The position numbers were made by a program, and so were the translations under genes. From Nitrososphaerota archaeon (GTDB lineage: Archaea > Thermoproteota > Nitrososphaeria > Nitrososphaerales > JAPUIC01), in assembly GCA_027297425.1 (NCBI GenBank), contig JAPUIC010000121.1, positions 1-46,979 of the forward strand: a DNA stretch of 46,979 bases, in the 5' to 3' direction. Within the stretch, counting starts at the first letter, position 1; every line of letters begins with the position of its first letter. The notes under the pieces are model-generated. The model was not told the DNA's origin. It made no database searches and saw only the letters and a list, made by a program, of their open reading frames with translations. Below are positions 35,464 to 44,214 of this stretch, piece after piece.

Positions 35464-38400
35464 CTAAACTTTATCCTTAACTACCACTCGTGGTGCGATA
35501 CCTAGACTCATCATTTCCTGAAGAAGTAACTTAAAGGCGTATGCCACTACTACGGTTGAAATCTTCGACGCATCGCCGTCTATTCTGCAAATATACTTAT
35601 GCTGTATCGAGTCATAATAAGCAATCAGCCCACACTTTTCACAAATGTGCACCTCGGTTTTGTCCGCTTCATCTAGAAGTCTATCTTTTAAGACCATAGA
35701 TGCACCATAGGCTATTAGACAGTCTCGTTCCATTTCACCAAATCTCAATCCGCCTCCTCTAGCCCTTCCTTCTGTGGGCTGTTTAGTGAGCATCTGTACT
35801 TGGCCACGGGCACGAGCATGCATCTTATCAGCAACCATATGATGTAGTTTCTGGTAATATACCACGCCAATGAAAATATCCACCGGGTACTTTTTACCTG
35901 TCTTGCCATCGTACATTATTTCTCTCCCAGTTGGTGAGAGACCTCGCTCTTTCAGAATATTTTCCAGCTGCTCAACCTTCTCACCCCTAAACGCAGTTCC
36001 ATCAACGGGCGTTCCCCGAAAAGCAGCTGCTTTGCCCGCGATAGATTCCAAGAACTGACCTACTGTCATTCTTGAAGGAAAAGCGTGAGGATTTATGATA
36101 ACATCAGGTATAATCCCGCTCTCAGTGTAGGGCATATCCTCTTGCTTGACGGTTAGGCCAACGATGCCTTTCTGACCATGGCGAGATGCAAATTTGTCCC
36201 CGATTTCAGGGATTCTCATATCACGGACCTTAACCTTGAAAGTCTTGCCTCCTTCGGTATTTTCGGTAAAGAACACCTCATCAACAGTGCCTGACTCATT
36301 AGGTCTTATGGCCATTGAGGTATCTCTCCTAAATGGGCCTTTAACCTCAAACTCTCGATATTCCTCCATGAATCTTGGAGGGCTAGTTCTGCCAATGACC
36401 ATATCGCCACCAGTTACTACAGCCTCACTCATCGTTATACCATCACCTTCCAAGAGTCTGTAATACTTCTCACCTCGATAACCTCGGATATTTGAATCAG
36501 GGGATGGAATAACAAACTCATCTTTCATTCCGCCTAAGTATTGTTTTGCCTGAGCTTCATAAATTCTATAGAAGAAAGATCTAGCAAACCCGCGTTCAAT
36601 GGCGGACTGGCTCATTATGATAGCGTCTTCTATGTTATAAGCCTCATGAGATAGCACAGCCACCACCGCGTTCTGACCATTAGGCCGATCTATGAGATTC
36701 AGCAGCGAAGTTGTCTTTGTATTAACTAGTCCTCGCTGAGGATATACTAGTAAGTGTTCTCGGGCATGTGTAGATAAGGGGAACATGGCTGTTGAAAAGC
36801 CGAGCGATTGTTTTGCCATAGCAGATTCATAGGTATTCCTTGGACTCTGATTATGCTCTGGAAACGGGATTACTGAAGCTGCAACCCCCAGCATAGATGC
36901 CGGAAATGGTTCCAAGTGAGTATGCGCCTTCTTCAGCCGGGCAGTATCTATACTGACAAAGCAATTTTCCTCTTCATTAGCATCTATGAACTCAATAATT
37001 CCCATCTGGACCAGATCCTTCCAAGATATTTCACGTCGATCGAGTTTGGAAAGAAGGTCTTCCGTCAGAAGGGACTTGCCATCTTCAACTATTATCAGTG
37101 GTCGAATAACTCGCCCTGAACTGGTTCCAACATAAACTCGGGTTACAGCTTTGCTTCCTTCTGGTATGTAGACACACACACTTGCGTCAGGACTAATCAT
37201 TCCCTGTCTTCGCTGACTTCGGAATCCCTGCGCTAGTTTATTCACATCGTCAGAGAAGCCAATAAATCTGCCGTCTACGAATACTCTTGCACCTTTCTTT
37301 ACTTCCTCCTCAGACTCCCAGATCAGCGAGACGCCTAACTCGATGAGAGTATTGATTACCTCACCTTGGGGCACATTTACCGAGATTAAAGCTGAGAGAG
37401 CCAGGTTTTTCACTAGACCACAGTTAGATCCTTCGGGGGTCTCATTCGGACAGATCCGACCCCAGTGGGTAGGGTGGAGATCTCTTGCTTCAAAGTTAGG
37501 CTGACTTCTACTTAGTGGCGACTGTATCCTTCGGAGATGACTTAGGATAGATAGATAGTTAATACGGTCGAGAAGTTGAGTAACACCTACTTTACCTCGC
37601 CCCCAGTTTCCGGTAGCGATAGAATTATTGATCTTATCAGTTATGATTCCAGGACGGATCGCCGGTATTACTACATTAATCCCCCTCTTATTCCCACTCC
37701 TTTCCAATTGATACTTTATGTCTCGTGTAAGATTCCTAAAAGCAGTCCTGAACAGATCGGCCACCATCTGACCAGCAAATTTGATGACCTTGTTTCCGTA
37801 ATGGTCCTTGTCATCAACCTTTACCCAACCGAGTTTAAGTTCTAGGACTTTACAAATCGCTTCTCCAATGAATGCTGCTTTATCCCTTCTGTCCAATATA
37901 GTCTTACCCAAGTGGGGGAGGAGTCCCCAATCTAAGAGGGATTCAGCTTTCCTTATTCTAAACTCATCAAGCATTCCATGAGCGACCCGGTTGCCAATAT
38001 ATGTCAGAGCGTCCTTCTGAGTCGGCGCTTCTAGAGCCTTATCGAAGGAAACGTCAAGTAAATCCTGAATCTCAGGAGTGTATGATACTAGATCGGCCAT
38101 TTCCTTATCAGATTCTATCCCCAAGGCTCTCAAGATTGTCACAAAGGGCAGTTCTACTGGAGAACTCGGGACTTTAACACTAATCGAACCGTCTTGTTTG
38201 AGAGTTATCTCAAGTTTTGACCGGTACCCAACAATTGAGGAGTATATTTTGGCCTTGTAGTTCTTCGTAACGCCGGCCTTTTCTACGTCAACCAGGACTC
38301 GGTTTGCCGAGAGATCCTCCAGCCCTATGATTACCCGTTCAGAACCGTTGATAATGAAGTAACCTCCGGGGTCTTGCGGATCTTCGCCCATCTGAATCAG

Positions 38401-38814
38401 TTCCTCTGGACTTTTTCCCCGTAAGGGACATAACCGAGACTTTACCATTACAGGAAGGTTGCCAAGATGAATACTTTGGTGAGCATCCCTGATGATACCT
38501 CCCTCTTCGATTTGCATTTCAACATAGATTGGAACTGAATAGGTGACATTGCGTAAGCGTGCTTCAAGAGGTAGCTCATAACTCAAAGAGCCATCGATCT
38601 CTACAACCTGTGGCCTCCCTAAGGCCAGCTTCCCAAATTTAATCTTGTAAGGAGTGGTGGGAGTTTCAATTTCAATACCACCGACTTCATCGACTATGCT
38701 CTGAAGGCCTTTTTCAATAAACTCATCATATGAATTGAGGTGTTGGCGAGCTATGCCTTCCCTTTGAAGGATATCTCTAAGTATAATCCATGAATTATCC
38801 AGTTTCATAGCCAT
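35464..38814 (-). CDS. rpoB: DNA-directed RNA polymerase subunit B (unsplit)
   Basis: 1116-aa ORF. GDKFASRHGQKG, GGLRFGEMERDC, and C-terminal Zn ribbon CEKCGLIAYYDSIQHKYIC. Confidence 0.95.
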   Translation of the reverse strand: MAMKLDNSWIILRDILQREGIARQHLNSYDEFIEKGLQSIVDEVGGIEIETPTTPYKIKFGKLALGRPQVVEIDGSLSYELPLEARLRNVTYSVPIYVEMQIEEGGIIRDAHQSIHLGNLPVMVKSRLCPLRGKSPEELIQMGEDPQDPGGYFIINGSERVIIGLEDLSANRVLVDVEKAGVTKNYKAKIYSSIVGYRSKLEITLKQDGSISVKVPSSPVELPFVTILRALGIESDKEMADLVSYTPEIQDLLDVSFDKALEAPTQKDALTYIGNRVAHGMLDEFRIRKAESLLDWGLLPHLGKTILDRRDKAAFIGEAICKVLELKLGWVKVDDKDHYGNKVIKFAGQMVADLFRTAFRNLTRDIKYQLERSGNKRGINVVIPAIRPGIITDKINNSIATGNWGRGKVGVTQLLDRINYLSILSHLRRIQSPLSRSQPNFEARDLHPTHWGRICPNETPEGSNCGLVKNLALSALISVNVPQGEVINTLIELGVSLIWESEEEVKKGARVFVDGRFIGFSDDVNKLAQGFRSQRRQGMISPDASVCVYIPEGSKAVTRVYVGTSSGRVIRPLIIVEDGKSLLTEDLLSKLDRREISWKDLVQMGIIEFIDANEEENCFVSIDTARLKKAHTHLEPFPASMLGVAASVIPFPEHNQSPRNTYESAMAKQSLGFSTAMFPLSTHAREHLLVYPQRGLVNTKTTSLLNLIDRPNGQNAVVAVLSHEAYNIEDAIIMSQSAIERGFARSFFYRIYEAQAKQYLGGMKDEFVIPSPDSNIRGYRGEKYYRLLEGDGITMSEAVVTGGDMVIGRTSPPRFMEEYREFEVKGPFRRDTSMAIRPNESGTVDEVFFTENTEGGKTFKVKVRDMRIPEIGDKFASRHGQKGIVGLTVKQEDMPYTESGIIPDVIINPHAFPSRMTVGQFLESIAGKAAAFRGTPVDGTAFRGEKVEQLENILKERGLSPTGREIMYDGKTGKKYPVDIFIGVVYYQKLHHMVADKMHARARGQVQMLTKQPTEGRARGGGLRFGEMERDCLIAYGASMVLKDRLLDEADKTEVHICEKCGLIAYYDSIQHKYICRIDGDASKISTVVVAYAFKLLLQEMMSLGIAPRVVVKDKV

Positions 38815-38820
38815 TTCAAC

Positions 38821-39111
38821 CTACGCCTCTACTACGTAACGGTAGTATCGAGCCTCCCCTGCAGTCTCACTTTTTCTGGTGATCCGAATCAAATCGCCCG
38901 GCTGGGCAGAAATAGATCTCATAACGGGATCGCTTGACGATATGAAAGGCATCTGCTCAGGTCTCGCATTATAGCTTGCCATTATCTCGTCGGCTTCGCT
39001 CTTCCCCAAAATCTCATGATGAGGGACAAAAAAATGTGTCATTGGCTCAAAGGACTCCTTGTCCTCTATCTCCTTATCTTTTTTAACAACTTTAGCACGA
39101 AGCTTGGGCAT
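38821..39111 (-). CDS. rpoH: RNA polymerase subunit H (Rpo5)
   Basis: 96-aa ORF. HFFVPHHEILGKSEADEIM ... DPVMRSISAQPGDLIRITRKSETAGEARYYRYVV. Internal Met-24 is an alternative start. Confidence 0.85.
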   Translation of the reverse strand: MPKLRAKVVKKDKEIEDKESFEPMTHFFVPHHEILGKSEADEIMASYNARPEQMPFISSSDPVMRSISAQPGDLIRITRKSETAGEARYYRYVVEA

Positions 39112-39206
39112 GGGTAAGCGCGAAAACTAGATATTTCAATTTTTATCTGTATTTAACCTTATCTTACAATTGTTTGATTAGATATATTCCCTGAAGTAGG
39201 CATCAG

Positions 39207-39216
39207 AAATTAATAT
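39207..39216 (+). promoter_or_regulatory. TATA-like box (AAATTAATAT) upstream of tRNA-Lys
   Basis: Centred ~29 nt upstream of tRNA position 1 (39241). Confidence 0.45.
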
Positions 39217-39240
39217 GGCTACTATCTGGAACATGACCGC

Positions 39241-39350
39241 GGGCCTGTAGCTCAGCTAGGTAGAGCATTGGGCTTTTATCGGATAGGAGGCCACCCAATT
39301 GTAGGGTAGGGGTCCCGGGTCCGAATAACTAGGAAATCCCGGCAGGCCCG
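39241..39350 (+). tRNA. tRNA-Lys (anticodon UUU) with an anticodon-loop intron and about 22 further inserted nt in the variable/T-loop region
   Basis: GGGCCTG-TA-GCTC-AGCTAGGTA-GAGC-A-TTGGG-CTTTTA at 39241-39278. The 3' anticodon stem CCCAA lies at 39294-39298, after a ~14-nt insert. T-stem CCGGG (39315-39319) pairs with CCCGG (39338-39342). Acceptor 3' strand CAGGCCC plus G73 at 39343-39350. 110 nt total against ~76 expected. Confidence 0.7.
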
Positions 39351-39371
39351 CTTATAGTACATCGGGCACAA

Positions 39372-40295
39372 TTAGTATACTGAGGTCAACCAATTGCGAT
39401 ATCGCTTCTCCTCTCCGTTGACCGCATTCATAAATGATTTTTTTAGGCTAGAAGTAACCTTTCCAACTGAACCCTTACCTATCTGTATATTATCAACTCC
39501 TAAGATTGGAGTTACCTCGGCAGCTGTACCAGTTAGGAAGGCTTCATCACAGTTGTATAGGTCTAGCCTTGAGACTGAGCTCTCTTTAACATCAATCCCA
39601 TTATCACGTGCCAGAGTAATTACGGTATCCCGAGTTACCCCTTCCAGGATAGAGCTACTAATGGAAGGAGTAAATAAATTGCCGTTCTTGACCAAGAATA
39701 TGTTTTCTCCGGTCCCTTCGCTAACGTATCCATTTCTATCAAGCAGGATCGCTTCATCGTAACCGTTATTTTGGGCCTCCATCTTAGCAACTGCGGAATT
39801 CAGGTAATTTCCAGTTGCCTTGACCGAAGGCGGAAGCGAATTTTCAGATATTCGTCTCCAAGACGATATGCATACCTTAACACCGTCCTTATCAAAGTAG
39901 GCTTGAAGTGGGAAAGCCGCTATGGCTAGTCGAATAGGATGATTCTTATAATTAAGACCAAAACCTCCATCGCCTACGAAGATTAATGGCCTGATGTATG
40001 CGCTCTTGTGTATCTCGTTCTTCCGAAGAACTTCGATGACTATATTGCAAAGCTCCTTAACAGAGTACTTTACGTTTAGATGGTATACTCTTCCTGATCG
40101 TATCATTCTTTCCATATGATCCTGTAGCCTAAAGATCATGAGACCCTTGTTCCCAGACGGATAAGCTCTGATTCCTTCGAATACACCGGTACCGTAATGG
40201 AGAGCATGAGTGAGGACATGAACCTTTGCCTCCTTCCAAGGGATCAATTCCCCATCCATCCAAATGTACCGGGCCAGTGGCCTGCTCATAATCAC
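39372..40295 (-). CDS. ilvE: Branched-chain amino acid aminotransferase (class IV)
   Basis: 307-aa ORF. YIWMDGELIPWKEAKVHVLTHALHYGTGVFEGIRAY N-terminus. Catalytic-Lys region SVKATGNYLNS. EGTGENIF motif. Confidence 0.9.
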   Translation of the reverse strand: MIMSRPLARYIWMDGELIPWKEAKVHVLTHALHYGTGVFEGIRAYPSGNKGLMIFRLQDHMERMIRSGRVYHLNVKYSVKELCNIVIEVLRKNEIHKSAYIRPLIFVGDGGFGLNYKNHPIRLAIAAFPLQAYFDKDGVKVCISSWRRISENSLPPSVKATGNYLNSAVAKMEAQNNGYDEAILLDRNGYVSEGTGENIFLVKNGNLFTPSISSSILEGVTRDTVITLARDNGIDVKESSVSRLDLYNCDEAFLTGTAAEVTPILGVDNIQIGKGSVGKVTSSLKKSFMNAVNGEEKRYRNWLTSVY

Positions 40296-40346
40296 GCTCG
40301 ATAAGTCACGGAGTTAATAAAATATATCCAACATATGGAGCGAAAG

Positions 40347-40353
40347 GTTTAAT
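40347..40353 (+). promoter_or_regulatory. TATA-like box (GTTTAAT, preceded by CGAAAGG) upstream of tRNA-Asp
   Basis: Centred ~32 nt upstream of tRNA position 1 (40382). Confidence 0.35.
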
Positions 40354-40381
40354 CCTTTCTCTAGGGAGCCGGGTGTTACAC

Positions 40382-40516
40382 GCCCTGGTAGTATAGAGGG
40401 GCTTGCTTCAAGCCGGTCCCATAAATTTCGGTCCAGTATGGGGCGCTGTCACCGCTTCGACCCGGGTTCGAATCCCGGCCAAAGGGTCTACGGATAGTAT
40501 ACCCTGCCGATGGGCG
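40382..40516 (+). tRNA. tRNA-Asp (anticodon GUC) with a D-loop intron and an intron in the 3' acceptor strand (68/69)
   Basis: GCCCTGG-TA-GTAT at 40382-40394. D-stem 3' strand GTAT at 40436-40439. Anticodon arm GGGCG-CTGTCAC-CGCTT at 40441-40457. T-arm CCGGG-TTCGAAT-CCCGG at 40462-40478. The 3' acceptor CCA (40479-40481) plus GGGC (40512-40515) is perfectly complementary to the 5' strand only if 40482-40511 is spliced out. Discriminator G73 at 40516. Confidence 0.75.
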
Positions 40517-40558
40517 CTTTAACTCGGGTCATAGCTGGAGCACACAGGGCTGCTTTGC

Positions 40559-41755
40559 CTAACCGCCTAGGCATCCACGGATGTTGTTCATGGCGGTTTC
40601 TATAATAGTGGGACTAGTAGCGAAGGAGATCCTGACGAATCCCTCTCCGTGGCTACCGAAGCCAGAACCAGGAGTCGTAACCACCTTTCCTTCTCTCACA
40701 AAGAATTCAGCCGCTTCTTCCGAACTCATACCCATCTCTCTTATGTCCAGAAAGCAATAGAATGTACCTATTGGCTTTACGGCAAGACTGACCTTTGGGA
40801 TCTCGTCTATAGCTCTAACAATTCTGTTTCTATTCGCATCATATTCTTGTTGCCAATCGCGTAGAAAATCGTGTGGTCCATTGAGAGCAGCTACTGCGGC
40901 TTTTTGGGCAACAGAGTTAGCGCATATGTTTATGGCGTGATGAACCTTCAAGAAGTTCGTCATAAAATTTCTATTGGCGACCGCATAACCTATCCTGAGA
41001 CCAGTCATAGAATACGTCTTAGAGAGGCTGTTTAGAGTTATTGTGTTGTCTTCCATACCAGGAAGAGAACCAATACTAGTATGTTCTGCACCGTCAAATA
41101 ATATCTTCTCATATGGTTCATCAGATATTACGACGAGATTATGCTTCAATACTACTTCAGAAATCGCCTTCAGGTTCTCTCTTGATAAAACACCGCCTAT
41201 AGGATTATTTGGCGTATGAATGAAGATCGCTCTCGACTTTGGAGTTATAGCTTTTTCAATTTCGTCTGGATTTAAAGAGAGTCCATCCTTCATGATGTAG
41301 GGAACGAGCACCGGTTTGGCGCCCATTAGTATAGTATGGGCGTAATAGGGTGGATAAAATGGGGAGGGGATCAATACCTCATCTCCGGGATTGAGTAGGG
41401 TCTTTAGCGCCACGTAGAGACCGGCTTGGGCGCCACAGGTGACAAATATCTCACTATTTGGATCCGCTTCGATCTTATTTTCTTTCTTCAACTTGTCAGC
41501 TATAGCTTCTCTGAGTTCCATGATGCCTGCCTCTGGAGTATACTTAGTGAAGCTCTCTAGGGACGCTTTGGAGGCAGCAGCCAATATATGTTCAGGAGTA
41601 TCAAATCTAGGAAGGCCAACGTTCAGGTAGAGGACCTTATCCTCGTAACCTAATTCTTTAACATAATCCACAATCTTATAGAAAGGAGATTTTGGTATAG
41701 ATGAAACGTATCTTGAGATTTCCATGGTCTTTGGTTCTTCACCAGCAGAATTCAT
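40559..41755 (-). CDS. Class I/II PLP-dependent aminotransferase (aspartate aminotransferase-like)
   Basis: 398-aa ORF. PLP-Lys motif LNSLSKTYSMTGLRIGY, plus HTPNNPIGG and GFVRISFA C-terminal motifs. Confidence 0.85.
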   Translation of the reverse strand: MNSAGEEPKTMEISRYVSSIPKSPFYKIVDYVKELGYEDKVLYLNVGLPRFDTPEHILAAASKASLESFTKYTPEAGIMELREAIADKLKKENKIEADPNSEIFVTCGAQAGLYVALKTLLNPGDEVLIPSPFYPPYYAHTILMGAKPVLVPYIMKDGLSLNPDEIEKAITPKSRAIFIHTPNNPIGGVLSRENLKAISEVVLKHNLVVISDEPYEKILFDGAEHTSIGSLPGMEDNTITLNSLSKTYSMTGLRIGYAVANRNFMTNFLKVHHAINICANSVAQKAAVAALNGPHDFLRDWQQEYDANRNRIVRAIDEIPKVSLAVKPIGTFYCFLDIREMGMSSEEAAEFFVREGKVVTTPGSGFGSHGEGFVRISFATSPTIIETAMNNIRGCLGG

Positions 41756-41868
41756 AAATTATACGAGTGCAGATAATTAATCTTTGGGTTAGTCTCAGCT
41801 AATTCCTATTCAACTTTAATTCTATTCGAATAAATTTCGCTAAACATCAGTGGCTCGTGCCCCGAGGC

Positions 41869-42495
41869 TTAGAAGTCGACACCCTTTCGAGCTGACATTC
41901 CCTTCTCAAACGGATGTTTGATGGATTTCATTTCGGTAACTAGGTCAGCAACGTCGATTACTTGTTGATCTACATTGTTCCCTGTCAGAACAAGCGTGAG
42001 CTTTCTGGGCTTAGAGCGGATTAGATCCAGCACCCCCTTAACCGAGATCAATTTCATTGATGTTGCATAATTAATCTCGTCCAGAATCAGAATATCATAT
42101 TTGCCGGAAAGCATCCTATCCTTGGCCTCTCTGAGCGCTTCTTCTGCTGCTCTCTGATGCTCAGACAACGGCTTGTTATCATCGATGATCCCGACAAACC
42201 CCTTTCCCAAAGAGATAATTGAAAAGTTAGGAGCCATCTTCTTAGCACCATCAAGCTCACCGTAAAACCACGAGCCCTTGATGAACTGTAGCATCAAGAC
42301 GTTTAGGTCATATCCTAGTGCACGTACCGCTAAACCAAGGGATGCAGTTGTCTTGCCCTTACCGTTGCCAGTATATACAATCACAAGCCCCCTACTTGCT
42401 GTTCCTCTATTGTCTAACTTAGAAGCCTCTGTCTTGGACAACATCCATAATGGATTACGTGCACATATTAGATGGTTTCGCCTCTGGGAAAGCAA
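41869..42495 (-). CDS. cobO: Cob(I)yrinic acid a,c-diamide / corrinoid adenosyltransferase (CobA/CobO/BtuR type)
   Basis: 208-aa ORF. P-loop YTGNGKGKTTASLG, LQFIKG, ILDEINYA, KHPFEKGMSARKGVDF. Met-18 is an alternative start. Confidence 0.85.
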   Translation of the reverse strand: MLSQRRNHLICARNPLWMLSKTEASKLDNRGTASRGLVIVYTGNGKGKTTASLGLAVRALGYDLNVLMLQFIKGSWFYGELDGAKKMAPNFSIISLGKGFVGIIDDNKPLSEHQRAAEEALREAKDRMLSGKYDILILDEINYATSMKLISVKGVLDLIRSKPRKLTLVLTGNNVDQQVIDVADLVTEMKSIKHPFEKGMSARKGVDF

Positions 42496-42677
42496 TAATG
42501 TTGTATTGGATATTCTTCTAGGTTGCTTAACGGGTCAGATTAAGAAGTACAAAAGATTCATCCTAAATCCATCTCCCTTACAACGAGCGGTATTGTAATC
42601 CGCAGGTGACCGAATGCTTCTGTCTGCTGTAAATAACTTTATAATCATTTTTCAAGATCTTTGGATATCCTAAACTA

Positions 42678-43385
42678 ATGAAAGCCGTAATTTTAGCTGG
42701 TGGGTTTGGTAAGAGACTTCGTCCTCTGACCGATGATAGACCGAAGCCACTAATTGAGTTGGATGGGGTCCCGATATTATCATTCCAGATCGAATGGTTA
42801 AAGAAATCAGGGTTAAACGAAATAATCCTCTGCATAGGATACCGAAAAGAAGCCATCATGGAGCTGATAGGAGATGGAAGCAGTTTTGGTATAAAGGTCG
42901 GGTATGCAATAGAAGAAGAGCCGCTCGGAACAGGTGGCGCTTTAAAAAATGCAGAGTCGTTACTCAAGAATGACACAGCTTTCTTAGTACTCAATGGTGA
43001 TATCATCACCGATATTGATCCATCTCCACTCCGCCAAAAAGTAGCCCGTGGAGCATTGTCAAGCATATCCGTTGTACCTTTAAGAAGTCCCTTCGGGATA
43101 GTGGATATCGAGAACAAACTCGTGAAGGGATTTGTGGAGAAACCTATCCTACGTGAATACTCTATAAATGCAGGTATCTATTGCTTCTCAAATGAGATAT
43201 TCAGCAGACTGCCCCAGAAGGGAAGTATCGAAACTGAAACGTTTCCAGCCCTCGCAGAAGAGAGTAAATTGGTAGCTGTAAGCTACCCTGAATCTGCCTG
43301 GATATCTATAGATTCTCACAAGGATATCGAAAAGGCAGTAGAAGAGTTTAGTGACGATATTCAGAATATAAAATCAAGATCATAG
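42678..43385 (+). CDS. Sugar-1-phosphate nucleotidyltransferase (NTP_transferase family)
   Basis: 235-aa ORF. N-terminal MKAVILAGGFGKRLRPLTDDRPKPLIEL and EEEPLGTGGAL motifs. Sugar specificity unknown. Confidence 0.8.
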   Translation: MKAVILAGGFGKRLRPLTDDRPKPLIELDGVPILSFQIEWLKKSGLNEIILCIGYRKEAIMELIGDGSSFGIKVGYAIEEEPLGTGGALKNAESLLKNDTAFLVLNGDIITDIDPSPLRQKVARGALSSISVVPLRSPFGIVDIENKLVKGFVEKPILREYSINAGIYCFSNEIFSRLPQKGSIETETFPALAEESKLVAVSYPESAWISIDSHKDIEKAVEEFSDDIQNIKSRS

Positions 43386-43421
43386 AGACAGTAGCGCAGT
43401 CATGATGCTGCGGAATATCAC

Positions 43422-43844
43422 CTAAGTACCTAGTTTCAATAAAGGACTGTCACAGATATGACATACACCCAGATCGAGATCTGGCTCAAACCTCTTATGT
43501 ACACCACAAAGAAGTCTGTTCCCCTTGATATACTGCATAGCTTCTGAGAACAATGCAACGGTAGTCCTTTGATCGTGACCACCACTAGCAAGGTTGGTTA
43601 CAATATCTGATGTTATCCTCTTTACTTCCTTAGCTTTCAGAGCATACTCTGCTCCAGTTCCCCTCAGGTTCCGAAGATAGTAACTGACTGCTGCCTGACT
43701 GACGTTCAATAAGTTACCTATTTCGCTCTGGCCCATATTATATTTCTCAAACAGCTCCTTAGCCACATGAGCCCTAAGAGCCGGGGCTACAGCCCTAACT
43801 GAAACCTCGTCTGGAAATATTTTCGGTGAAACTGATCGTTCCAC
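43422..43844 (-). CDS. HTH transcriptional regulator with C-terminal Cys/His cluster
   Basis: 140-aa ORF with GTG start. HTH segment MGQSEIGNLLNVSQAAVSYYLRNLRG. C-terminal LLCGVHKRF...GVCHICDS. Confidence 0.55.
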   Translation of the reverse strand: MERSVSPKIFPDEVSVRAVAPALRAHVAKELFEKYNMGQSEIGNLLNVSQAAVSYYLRNLRGTGAEYALKAKEVKRITSDIVTNLASGGHDQRTTVALFSEAMQYIKGNRLLCGVHKRFEPDLDLGVCHICDSPLLKLGT

Positions 43845-43865
43845 AATTCTGAGGGTTCTTTCCGT

Positions 43866-43875
43866 TATTTAAATA
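43866..43875. promoter_or_regulatory. Perfectly palindromic TATA-like element TATTTAAATA shared by divergent genes
   Basis: Centre is ~27 nt from the minus-strand start (43844) and ~29 nt from the plus-strand start (43899). This implies two near-leaderless divergent transcripts. Confidence 0.45.
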
Positions 43876-43898
43876 TAACAGAGACGTTCGAGAGGAGA

Positions 43899-44207
43899 AT
43901 GGTTATGCCAAAACTCGAAGAGTTAAGAAAAAAGCTTCTATTCAATACATCACTAGATGTCTGGATAGCTCTATGTGAGGATAACTCAATCGATTGGTTT
44001 GATCCCATTGTTTATGAAAAGTTCGTAGATTTCCTCCGAGAAAAAAAGGTAGCCCTTCTACAGGTGTCAGTGATGGATGAGGTTGACAGGAAGAAGGAAT
44101 TCATGCAGCAGGGATTCGAGGTTCTGGAGCGGACTCCTTCAAAGTTCAATTTACGGCTTGATGATATAGCAATGAAGGCTATTTTAGAGTTCAAGTTCCC
44201 GAAATAG
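43899..44207 (+). CDS. Hypothetical protein
   Basis: 102-aa ORF with no recognisable motif. Divergent from the HTH regulator. Confidence 0.35.
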   Translation: MVMPKLEELRKKLLFNTSLDVWIALCEDNSIDWFDPIVYEKFVDFLREKKVALLQVSVMDEVDRKKEFMQQGFEVLERTPSKFNLRLDDIAMKAILEFKFPK

Positions 44208-44214
44208 TATGGCA

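Noticed and set aside
42578-43117. 179-aa minus-strand ORF overlapping the nucleotidyltransferase gene. Similar long antisense ORFs occur at 4388-4885, 24692-25093, 28051-28398, 29551-30054 and 39394-39762.
   Set aside because: Each lies entirely antisense to a CDS with strong family motifs, has low-complexity Ser/Pro/Leu-rich composition and shows no motif of its own. They are treated as shadow ORFs.
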